Below are positions 26,476 to 34,831 of a DNA stretch of 64,000 nucleotides, one piece after another. The translations under genes and the position numbers were made by a program. Under the pieces are notes generated by a model. The model ran no database searches and was not told the origin of the DNA. It worked only from the letters and a program-made list of their open reading frames with translations. Source of the DNA: a bacterium (GTDB lineage Bacteria > UBA10199 > 2-02-FULL-44-16 > JAAZCA01); assembly GCA_963674695.2 (NCBI GenBank), contig CAXXGI010000002.1:160001-224000 (forward strand), read 5' to 3'. How positions within the stretch are numbered: position 1 is the stretch's first letter; every line of letters starts with the position of its first letter.

Positions 26476-28651
26476 TATCCAGCAACTCCTTAAAATTGGC
26501 GTTGGATTTCGTTATAACTGCTTCGAGGCCGAAATACTTTAAGGTACGTGTTGGCTTGAAAAATAGGCGGCAGACGAACTCTCCTCGGTCAATCCTCTCC
26601 GGTGTATTCAAGATGGCATCCGCGATGCTTTTGGCATCCTGATCGCACTGGATCAGGTACTCATAAAAGGCCCTCCGGTTAAGGAGGTCGGCCATCCATG
26701 GATCGATCAGATTGAAGACGCGCCTCCATGTGATTGGGTCATTCGGTTCAAATAGAAATATCCGGTTTACCTTCATGAGGGCCTTTCGCATAAAGATAAG
26801 TAGGCGTCGTATATGAAGGGATTGAAGGGCGCTTGGCGTCCTCTGTAATGTCTGTTCTCCCCAGATGACCGTTCCATCATCCGAGAAATCAACTATGGGA
26901 TTGATCTGATTATTTACGAGGTCATCCATCTCGCTCGACCTGCCCGGAGTTCCAACATTATAGTGCACTCCCAGAGTGTTCGGAATCCGCGCCCTCTGAA
27001 GGCCGGCAGGCGCAAACCAGACCTCGGCCTTGGCATCGCTGAATGCATGGACGCCAAAGACGTCACCCATGTTGCCAATATCGGTCACTTGATTGACCTT
27101 GGGATTTCTGATCTTTGGCCTTCCAAAATAGATTGCACCATAGCTTGTGTTGAAGGCCGGGTGTGCCCATTCTCCCTGACCGAGCCTGAAGTCGATGGCG
27201 TCTTGTGCTGAACTTACGCTTGCGGGCGGTTCAACATAATAAACCATGTCTTCCCTCTTTGCGCAGTAGGCAAGACCCGCCGCGACCACCGCCGGGGAAG
27301 AGCTCTCAAGAGTTGCCACTCCCATGGCGTCATCGATGTCGTCGAAGGCATAAAGACCCGTTCTCGTGGCAGGGTCTCCGATCCAATCATCATCGTCGAT
27401 ATTCTGTATGCCGTCTTCACCACCGGCAAGGTTGACAGGGCCGATCGGTGCTGGATTATCAACTGTTACGGGATCGGTTGAGAATGTGATCGAACCGGTG
27501 GCGGCGACCGCATCCTCTCCACCTTCAAGTGTTGGACCCGATAACACCAAGCCATCAAGGCTGTTCTGTTCCATCGCAATCGCATTTCCGGCGATCCCCG
27601 GCGTTGCCGCTGTAACGGTGATCGTAATACCGTCTTCCGCAGCAATCACACTCTCGAGGGCATCAATGAGTGCTGTAAGTTCACCTATATTTGTGAATTC
27701 GCTTGGACCGGGACCAGCCGCCACACAGGTGAACAGATTTTCGTCAATCGTTACGGTATCTCCCTCAATCGGAGCCCCGTATGTAATTGTTCCTTCGGCA
27801 GCGACTGCATCTTCACCGCCCACAAGTGTTGCCCCTGATACCGTGATATTATCGCCTGCGGAATCTGCCGAAAGCGCGATAGCATTTCCGGCAAGCCCTG
27901 GTTCCTTGGCAGTCAAATCGATAACATTATTATTTTGAACGGCATCCACTGATGCGGAGGTCGCATTTATTGCATCAGCAAGTGACTGAACCATCACGGG
28001 GATATTGTCGATGTGAACTGTCCAATCATCACCGGCATCAAACACATCGGCACCAACCGTGAGAGAGTCGTCCTCAAATGGATTGCCGGCCTCGAGATCT
28101 TCCACCTGAATAAGGTTTGATTTATCGTTTATGACCTTGACCGCATAAAATTCGTCATCGGTCTCGTCCATTGTGAGATATTCGTAATGTTCGCTCAGTG
28201 AGGACTGTTCCGGATATTCAATCGATATATCAAAGCGGTTGTCATCGACGCTGTTTTGAGTAACGGTTATGAGCAAAGTATTGCCCCATGTCCCTTCATC
28301 TGTCGCCTCGACCTTTAATGTATCACGATCCTCGGTATCTTTGAGCGTATATGATGCCTTCACTGCAGCAATCGTGGTGATATCTGACGGGTTTGTGTAA
28401 TGAACGGCCCTGTTGATATAGAGAACTGCGCCGCGATCAAATGCCCGCTGAACAAGCAGGTCTGAATCAGAACTGTCGATAGGCAGGCCATAAACTTCCC
28501 TGAATTGCTTGAGCGATCCGATAAGTCTCGGTTTATTTACTGGCCCGCGTCTGGCTGTGAGTTGGACGCAGTTTCTCCCTTCGGTGACGGCCTGTATGAA
28601 AAAACTTAAATCACGTTCAGTGAATGTAACCTTGGCTGCTCCTTGTCCCAT
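26465..28651 (-). CDS. Tail sheath protein with inserted repeat domains
   Basis: RRGPVNKPRLI, VWFAPAG, INPIV...IWGEQTL, IRRLL, FLFEPND. Confidence 0.95.
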   Translation of the reverse strand: MGQGAAKVTFTERDLSFFIQAVTEGRNCVQLTARRGPVNKPRLIGSLKQFREVYGLPIDSSDSDLLVQRAFDRGAVLYINRAVHYTNPSDITTIAAVKASYTLKDTEDRDTLKVEATDEGTWGNTLLITVTQNSVDDNRFDISIEYPEQSSLSEHYEYLTMDETDDEFYAVKVINDKSNLIQVEDLEAGNPFEDDSLTVGADVFDAGDDWTVHIDNIPVMVQSLADAINATSASVDAVQNNNVIDLTAKEPGLAGNAIALSADSAGDNITVSGATLVGGEDAVAAEGTITYGAPIEGDTVTIDENLFTCVAAGPGPSEFTNIGELTALIDALESVIAAEDGITITVTAATPGIAGNAIAMEQNSLDGLVLSGPTLEGGEDAVAATGSITFSTDPVTVDNPAPIGPVNLAGGEDGIQNIDDDDWIGDPATRTGLYAFDDIDDAMGVATLESSSPAVVAAGLAYCAKREDMVYYVEPPASVSSAQDAIDFRLGQGEWAHPAFNTSYGAIYFGRPKIRNPKVNQVTDIGNMGDVFGVHAFSDAKAEVWFAPAGLQRARIPNTLGVHYNVGTPGRSSEMDDLVNNQINPIVDFSDDGTVIWGEQTLQRTPSALQSLHIRRLLIFMRKALMKVNRIFLFEPNDPITWRRVFNLIDPWMADLLNRRAFYEYLIQCDQDAKSIADAILNTPERIDRGEFVCRLFFKPTRTLKYFGLEAVITKSNANFKELLDIRL

Positions 28652-28671
28652 GGTAGTCCTCCTTCAAACCC

Positions 28672-28914
28672 TTATAATTTCTTGAGGGCGATATAGCCTT
28701 TCTTTTCAAGTTTTCGCATTGCCGGTGTAATGGCTGACGCCGTAATGACCGGCGGCACTTGCCCACGACGTCTCTTTTGCAGGCGCAGGTTCAAAAACGC
28801 TGTCTCACCATTCTCTTTATAGTAAGGCACCGGGAACATCTTCTGCGCCATATTGATAATCTGAAATCGTGCTGGTGACGGCGTCAGTATATTTTCTCTC
28901 TTTTTCTTTGGCAT
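28672..28914 (-). CDS. Small basic hypothetical protein upstream of the sheath
   Basis: AGGAGG RBS, operon position. Confidence 0.6.
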   Translation of the reverse strand: MPKKKRENILTPSPARFQIINMAQKMFPVPYYKENGETAFLNLRLQKRRRGQVPPVITASAITPAMRKLEKKGYIALKKL

Positions 28915-28924
28915 AACAATCCTC

Positions 28925-29542
28925 CTAAAGATCGGGCGTAAGACTTACCTCTTCGATCCGTTTAGTCTTTGCATACAGTTCGATAATCGGCACAGTGATG
29001 ATCTTTCGCATGGTTGTAAGCAGATGACTCGGTACCCATACCTCGATCTTGTATCGATACACTTTTTCCCGAATGTTCTCTGTCAGGTCATCCAAATCCT
29101 GAACTCCTAAGAGTTCGATCGGAAAATCGAACACATCACCATTTATAGGTAGACCCAAGACGCCACGTTCAGGAAATGTGGCAAGGATGGCCAAATCCAT
29201 GGCGATTGAAGTCTGGCTGTCGTGGCACCACGTGTCTATTTCATAAAAGAGATCAACAGGAAGCGGATGGCTGACACTAAACTCCGAGGGAACTGTAAAC
29301 TCCTCGCCATCGTAGATATAACTACCTTCCGCAGTGGCTTTATAGACCTGATGAATCGTTCTTCTTCGATCGATCTCATATCCACCGAATGAGATATGCA
29401 TTGCAACCTTGGGAAGGGTCGGACGGGTTTTACCGTCGTCAAAGCCCAAGAACGCAAGACCCGGAACGCTACCAATCCCAGCCATCTTGTCGTACATGGC
29501 CGCGTGCAAATGCGCTATGTTATCCAATATTCCTGCCGACAT
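28925..29542 (-). CDS. Probable tail terminator
   Basis: PLPVDLFYEIDTW motif; lies between neck and sheath genes. Confidence 0.6.
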   Translation of the reverse strand: MSAGILDNIAHLHAAMYDKMAGIGSVPGLAFLGFDDGKTRPTLPKVAMHISFGGYEIDRRRTIHQVYKATAEGSYIYDGEEFTVPSEFSVSHPLPVDLFYEIDTWCHDSQTSIAMDLAILATFPERGVLGLPINGDVFDFPIELLGVQDLDDLTENIREKVYRYKIEVWVPSHLLTTMRKIITVPIIELYAKTKRIEEVSLTPDL

Positions 29543-30026
29543 GGTTTGTGACCTCTTTCAATGCTATTCTGTACCGTTTAGCGATCTCCGGTTTTACTTC
29601 TTTAAGTGTTGGCCGGAAGAGCGGCCGCGCATCTATATGACGCGCTGAACTGCCATACTCGTGGATCGCTGCAATAAGCACCGGCTTTTCTCCATCCTTT
29701 CGCTTACCTGTTCTTAAAACTCCCACAAACGCGGACATCTTGTCTGGTGCTTCCTGCGTTGTAATCGACTGCATCATCTGTGAAGTGGAGATCAGTGTAG
29801 CCGTACTAAGTCCTTTTTTGCGCTTCCACTCACGGTATTTATCGTTCAGTTTCTTCCACCCCAAATCCTGCTTTTGCAGATGTTTTACGAGACCTCGTTT
29901 TGTCACTTCAGCACTTTGCAATGTTGCGAGTTTCAGACGTGACAAAAGGGCAATTTTCAATCTCAGTAGATTGCCTTCGTATTCTCTCCATGGTCCGGTC
30001 AGTTGATTCATAAAGCCTTTGCCCAC
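29520..30026 (-). CDS. Tail completion / virion morphogenesis protein (Mu gpG / HK97 gp10-like)
   Basis: WKKLNDKYREWK...LISTSQM...IAAIHEYG...IDARPLFRP. Confidence 0.8.
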   Translation of the reverse strand: MGKGFMNQLTGPWREYEGNLLRLKIALLSRLKLATLQSAEVTKRGLVKHLQKQDLGWKKLNDKYREWKRKKGLSTATLISTSQMMQSITTQEAPDKMSAFVGVLRTGKRKDGEKPVLIAAIHEYGSSARHIDARPLFRPTLKEVKPEIAKRYRIALKEVTNHVGRNIG

Positions 30027-30439
30027 TTTCGTTTAATAAGCAGATAAACAAATGAGGGTTTCTTGCTCATCTGCGCTATGCCATCGAATGAGATGATTTC
30101 GTATTCTTCACCTTCCATAACGATGATGTCGTTGTGATCCAGCAGAACCTTCATATCTCCATCGACGAGTCCCACGTCTTCAAAATCCTGCCAATGAATA
30201 AAGAGACGGATTTCATGCGCGGCATCTGGCCCCAAATCGTTACGATACCGGTCTGTCGCGCTTTGTGACACGAACTCCCGAATCGCGTTGAATTGAAATT
30301 CTTCGCCATTGGCGTCCGTCCTAAATGCACCTTGGTCGTAGTTTGTCCGCCGGATCGTTACAGGAAACGAAAACGTCTCACTGAGATCGTGAAATACGTC
30401 CCTGATTTGTTTGACCTGTTCTGGCGCAAGTAAATCCAT
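30008..30439 (-). CDS. Probable head closure protein
   Basis: Position after adaptor; DIIVMEGEEYEII beta-barrel pattern. Confidence 0.55.
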   Translation of the reverse strand: MDLLAPEQVKQIRDVFHDLSETFSFPVTIRRTNYDQGAFRTDANGEEFQFNAIREFVSQSATDRYRNDLGPDAAHEIRLFIHWQDFEDVGLVDGDMKVLLDHNDIIVMEGEEYEIISFDGIAQMSKKPSFVYLLIKRKWAKAL

Positions 30440-30949
30440 TTATACCCCAAACGTTAGGCTCCCTGATGCGCAGGGAGAATCTTTGCATTTGTCATCCGCC
30501 GGGTCCTTGCATGCCCTGACTTTTTTAAGTAGCGCCGGCGGTCCATCGGATGAAGCAAATCCCAGTTGTCCCTCGAGCCCTTTGAGTTTCTCCGCCAACT
30601 CCTCGATCAAAGTCTTGAGCCACGCGAGTTTGTCCTGACGGAACTTTGCGTTGGCAGGACCGGCCTGTGCATCGATGACGTCTTCTTTGTAATAGGAGAT
30701 GGCGGAGTTGATGAGTTCAACGGCCGCCGCTGTTGCGATCAGTTCCGATTGCAGGATGGTTAAACCAGAATGATCATGATAGGTATCTTCCGATCCGTCG
30801 CCTTCGTAATAACCATAAAGACTTGCTGCATATTGCAGTGCCGCGTTTTTATTTTCGTCTTTAAGGGCATCATCGCCTTCTCCCAAGATATCCTTTGTGC
30901 GGAGAAGGATACGATTCAGCCTGTGTATGGTTCCAAAGGCGAGTGCCAT
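30440..30949 (-). CDS. Probable head-tail adaptor
   Basis: Position after capsid; helical; VIDAQAGPANAKF hairpin. Confidence 0.5.
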   Translation of the reverse strand: MALAFGTIHRLNRILLRTKDILGEGDDALKDENKNAALQYAASLYGYYEGDGSEDTYHDHSGLTILQSELIATAAAVELINSAISYYKEDVIDAQAGPANAKFRQDKLAWLKTLIEELAEKLKGLEGQLGFASSDGPPALLKKVRACKDPADDKCKDSPCASGSLTFGV

Positions 30950-30961
30950 CGAATGCCTCCA

Positions 30962-31417
30962 TTATTTTTTGTCCGGTTTTCGGGGTTTGCGGGCAGGCTT
31001 CGCGGCTTCTTCTTTTTCCTTTGGCTGTTCCTCTTCAGGCTCTGGCTTATTTGGCTGAGTCTCCTTTGGTTTGTCTTCGATTTTTGTCTCCGATTCCTTT
31101 TTAGGTTCCGCGTTGGGTGTTTCCGCAGTGGTTTTATGTGCTGACTCTTTTTCTATTTTATTCTTTGGTTCAGCAGTAGATATCTCAGCATCTTTTACAG
31201 ATATTTTCTCTTCAACCTTCGGCTCTGCCTCCTGTTGTTTGAGATACAGCGCTTTGTCGACGATCTTTATTCCGCCTCTCCTGACCCATCTCTGCATAGT
31301 TCGCGTCAATTTCTTTGGATGCTCTACGATCTTTCCCCTCGGAATCTTGAACTTCGTCTTAGGGTCGATATATGTCATCTCGGTATTGCGGCATCTTATA
31401 TAAATTTTCTCTTCCAT
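30962..31417 (-). CDS. Hypothetical protein with K/E/P-rich disordered tail
   Basis: GGAGG RBS; directly after the capsid gene. Confidence 0.65.
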   Translation of the reverse strand: MEEKIYIRCRNTEMTYIDPKTKFKIPRGKIVEHPKKLTRTMQRWVRRGGIKIVDKALYLKQQEAEPKVEEKISVKDAEISTAEPKNKIEKESAHKTTAETPNAEPKKESETKIEDKPKETQPNKPEPEEEQPKEKEEAAKPARKPRKPDKK

Positions 31418-31432
31418 TTTATCCTCCAGAGA

Positions 31433-32539
31433 TTAAATTGACGGTTCCATCCAGATCGGGAAGTCGTTGAAGGCAACATCCAGCGAATCGTCGATGATCA
31501 CCCGGGCATCACGGAAAAGGACGGCAAATCCAGTTGTGATGGAGCTATAGGCCTCCTGAATCTGCTTGCTGATGATCTTGTCGCCCTCGACATTTAAAGG
31601 CGATGATGTCAACTGAACCATGGCAAATCTCGGATCCAAGACAATGAACTGGTGCTCATCGAGTTGGCCGCTGACAAAGACTTGGCTCTGATTGGGGAGC
31701 GATTCATTTATAATGAGAGACGAGAAGGCTGTACCCGACTGCTTATTCTTGAACTCTGGAAGATTAAGTAATAGATTTGCGCCTCTCTCACTTGTGACAA
31801 TGCTATCGTAGCGCCGCCCAAGCCTGCTGGCCCGTATCCATGCATAGACCAAATCTCTAAATGTAAGATTGTCGGCGATATTGACGACACCGATTGTAGC
31901 AGAGGCCTCGCTTCCATCTTCCTGATCGCCATTGACCAACACTTCCACGGCGGCGTTATTTAGCTTATGCCCCAGTTTCACGCCGACATCCTGCAAAAAT
32001 ATCGTGAGCAGATTGATCGATGTGTATTGTATGGCTTCATAAGTAATGCTGATGCCAATTGCCTGTTTATAGATATCGGTCGTCTTGTTCCCATAAGTGA
32101 TGTTACCTTTGGAAATGGTCTCGCCCTCTGCCGTCTCTTCCGGCTCTGCATCAGAAAGTTCCAGAAACGGGAGGTTGGCCTGGGGCTGCGCAATCGTCTC
32201 GCTCGAGGCGATCAGACGATTATAGTATGGCGAGGTGCGAATTCCCTTTCTGATAGCGTCTCTAAAAATTTCGGGAACAAGCCAACGGCTGTCCTGATCA
32301 AGATCAATCAACTGGCTCACGGTCATTGTACTCGGATTGATACCCAACTCGTGATAGAGATGGTTCAGATCAAAAATGCCATCCTTGTCACAGCCGTCTT
32401 TATATTGGGCGCTTAAATATTCGGCAAGGCTAACATCACGCTTCCCCGTGAGTTCCTGCGGCGGTGGAATATTTCCAGCCCTGATCTTTTGAAGCATCTG
32501 ATAGATTTCGTGAATTTTTCCTTTTAGTCCAAGTTCCAT
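31433..32539 (-). CDS. Major capsid protein (HK97 fold)
   Basis: RWLVPEIFRDAIR, ETAEGETI, KQAIGISITYEAI, VLVNGD; AGGAGG RBS; 368 aa. Confidence 0.85.
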   Translation of the reverse strand: MELGLKGKIHEIYQMLQKIRAGNIPPPQELTGKRDVSLAEYLSAQYKDGCDKDGIFDLNHLYHELGINPSTMTVSQLIDLDQDSRWLVPEIFRDAIRKGIRTSPYYNRLIASSETIAQPQANLPFLELSDAEPEETAEGETISKGNITYGNKTTDIYKQAIGISITYEAIQYTSINLLTIFLQDVGVKLGHKLNNAAVEVLVNGDQEDGSEASATIGVVNIADNLTFRDLVYAWIRASRLGRRYDSIVTSERGANLLLNLPEFKNKQSGTAFSSLIINESLPNQSQVFVSGQLDEHQFIVLDPRFAMVQLTSSPLNVEGDKIISKQIQEAYSSITTGFAVLFRDARVIIDDSLDVAFNDFPIWMEPSI

Positions 32540-32560
32540 CGGTTCCTCCTGTTTTTGGTA

Positions 32561-33277
32561 TTAGAAGACCAGCACATCGATCATGGTGTCTGGTGCCGCT
32601 GCCCCGGTCAGGGCAAGGCCATAGGCATCCAAAATCGAGATATCTCCATCCTGAGCCAGTGATGGATCGACAACAATATCCATTCCATCGTCCGTTGTTG
32701 AAAGTTCAGGAATTGTATTATTGAAATTGGGGCCGTTTGATTCCCTTCTGACAATCACCTTATCGAAGTCTTCGTGTTCACCCCGATATCCGTCTATATG
32801 TGAATCGATTGCATTTGCTATATTCTGCGCAGTCATCGAGATATCTCCCCCTGTGAAGAATTCAAAACCTTCCTGAATCACCTGTGTATCGATGACGAGT
32901 TTTTCACCACCGTCCCACATGAAATCCATCACCTTAAATGCGGCCTGTGCCTCACGGAATGTGGCCAGAATGAGCTTGCCGTCGTTATTAAACGTCAGTG
33001 TCTTGCCGATGGGAATCATCTCTCCAGCTACGAGTCTCTGAACAGCGCGTGCCCTCGTGGCCACCACAACCTTTGAACCGGGTTTGCTGTTTGGGACAAG
33101 AACATAACCAACGTGAGGGAAGAAGTCGGGTTGACCCGGGCCTACATAAGGTTCAACCTCGTATTCGTGGATGCCGGTTAGCCGCACGGGTGTGTGCGGT
33201 GCCAAAATACCAAGTCCTTCCTTTACATCAAAGGCGAGTGTTAAAATTCCGTTTAATTCCTCTTTTATTGTACCCAT
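32561..33277 (-). CDS. Probable head decoration/cement protein with inserted domain
   Basis: Lies between scaffold and MCP; ends GLALTGAAAPDTMIDVL as in cement proteins. Confidence 0.6.
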   Translation of the reverse strand: MGTIKEELNGILTLAFDVKEGLGILAPHTPVRLTGIHEYEVEPYVGPGQPDFFPHVGYVLVPNSKPGSKVVVATRARAVQRLVAGEMIPIGKTLTFNNDGKLILATFREAQAAFKVMDFMWDGGEKLVIDTQVIQEGFEFFTGGDISMTAQNIANAIDSHIDGYRGEHEDFDKVIVRRESNGPNFNNTIPELSTTDDGMDIVVDPSLAQDGDISILDAYGLALTGAAAPDTMIDVLVF

Positions 33278-33294
33278 TGTAATCTCCTCCTTTT

Positions 33295-34620
33295 TTATAG
33301 CGTATGTAAATTTCTCACGTAGTCAGAAGTCTGTTTCGAGAGAACGGACGATTTATTATCGTCTTTTTCGTTTGCCGCTTTTGAACTCTGACGACGAATC
33401 TCTGTACTTCCGCACTTTGCGCATCTGCTTGGAAATTTAATCTCCGCCTCTTTTCTGAACTCCTCTTTCCATGCCTGAACGAGTTCAAGATCTCCGTTTT
33501 CAAGCGTCTTTAAAATCGCCTCGTTTATTTTCTCGCCCTTAACGAGTTTGCAGAGACGAATTGCTTCGGTGCGTTCATCTTCCAGATATTTTTTGCCGAG
33601 TTCAGCCTTGGGTTCGATCGCTTTGATCTTGCCCTCGAATTCGGAGATGCTTTTGTTTGCATTCTCGAGTTGGGTTGCCAATCTGGTAATCTCGGCATCC
33701 GCTTTTTCAGTGAGATTTAGTTTCTCCTTGCCGATACGTTCTTCCAGAAGATTTGCGAAATTGTCGGCGCGGACATCTGTTCCAAATGTTTTATTTAAGA
33801 GTCTTTTAAGTTCTTCCATCTCTTCCTCCTTCGATATTTGAGAATTGTAGGACAACTGTCCAATCTCGTGCTGGGGATCGGTTTCAAGGGATTGACCTAC
33901 CGGCCTGCCTTTGGGTCCGATCTGTTTTGCGTATTCGTCTGCGCCTTGCCACACGAGGGATATTTCGAGGAATCGTTCGATTTTCGTTACGATGATTCGG
34001 ACTAAATCGCCGTCGATCTCCTCTCCCATCTTCTCGAAGAATGTGCCGTCATCCATCAGTTGGGGATGGCTGGGTTTCCATTCAAACGAAACTGTGACGC
34101 TTGCCGAATGAATGATACCCTGCAGTACGCCGCGAACGGTCATCGGATCCTTGATGATATCAAGTTTAAGAATGGCGTTGATGCCGGGAGGGATTCCCTT
34201 TGTCTGGTCGTCCCAGAGCGAATCTTCCACCTGGCCAACCCAGTTGTCCACGCTGGTATCATGGTCTTTGAATACGGTCTGACTTTTTAAGAGGCGGGTG
34301 GCTCGCTTGAGCACCTTCTCATTTGAAAAATCGATCGGACGATCTGCAAGTACAGCAGCTGACAAGGCACGATATGTCACCTCGACAAAATCTTCGGCGG
34401 AGGCCGCAACAGTCGGGGGAAGGGCTGGGGGCTCTCCGCCTTTTTCTTGTGTCTTATTTTTACTTTCGGTGTTGGCAAACTTTGCCCGTTCAAGTTTTTC
34501 TTTTAAGATGTCGGCGGGCTCATCGCAGTGGAGAGAACCTTTAATCGTTAGTGACAGGCTGAGCGGCCTTTGGCCCTTCCAGTTCTGGAGAATCTCCAAC
34601 TTTTGATTTTTCGTCAGCAT
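33295..34620 (-). CDS. Prohead protease / scaffold fusion
   Basis: VFKDH...DNWVG...IIHSASV...EISLVWQGAD protease motifs, then coiled coil and CAKC; ATG 34620 has a GAAGGA RBS. Confidence 0.8.
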   Translation of the reverse strand: MLTKNQKLEILQNWKGQRPLSLSLTIKGSLHCDEPADILKEKLERAKFANTESKNKTQEKGGEPPALPPTVAASAEDFVEVTYRALSAAVLADRPIDFSNEKVLKRATRLLKSQTVFKDHDTSVDNWVGQVEDSLWDDQTKGIPPGINAILKLDIIKDPMTVRGVLQGIIHSASVTVSFEWKPSHPQLMDDGTFFEKMGEEIDGDLVRIIVTKIERFLEISLVWQGADEYAKQIGPKGRPVGQSLETDPQHEIGQLSYNSQISKEEEMEELKRLLNKTFGTDVRADNFANLLEERIGKEKLNLTEKADAEITRLATQLENANKSISEFEGKIKAIEPKAELGKKYLEDERTEAIRLCKLVKGEKINEAILKTLENGDLELVQAWKEEFRKEAEIKFPSRCAKCGSTEIRRQSSKAANEKDDNKSSVLSKQTSDYVRNLHTL

Positions 34621-34831
34621 AGTTATTCCTTCGATCTCGTTCGGAACATCTCCCACGGAAGTAACTACGCTTACCCAAGAAACTCCCCATCACTTTCACT
34701 ATACCTGAGAACCGGTGTTTTTTTCGCAACTCCTTATTATCGTTAATGTTATCCATAGGAATATTTTACCTCCTCATATCTGAAAAATACGCTGATGAAT
34801 GAAACTCAAACTAAATAACCAACTGAAAATC

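Noticed and set aside
14152-29542. Tailocin / eCIS / T6SS interpretation of the contractile tail genes
   Set aside because: Portal, protease, capsid, neck and terminase genes are present in the same cassette, so it encodes a headed virion
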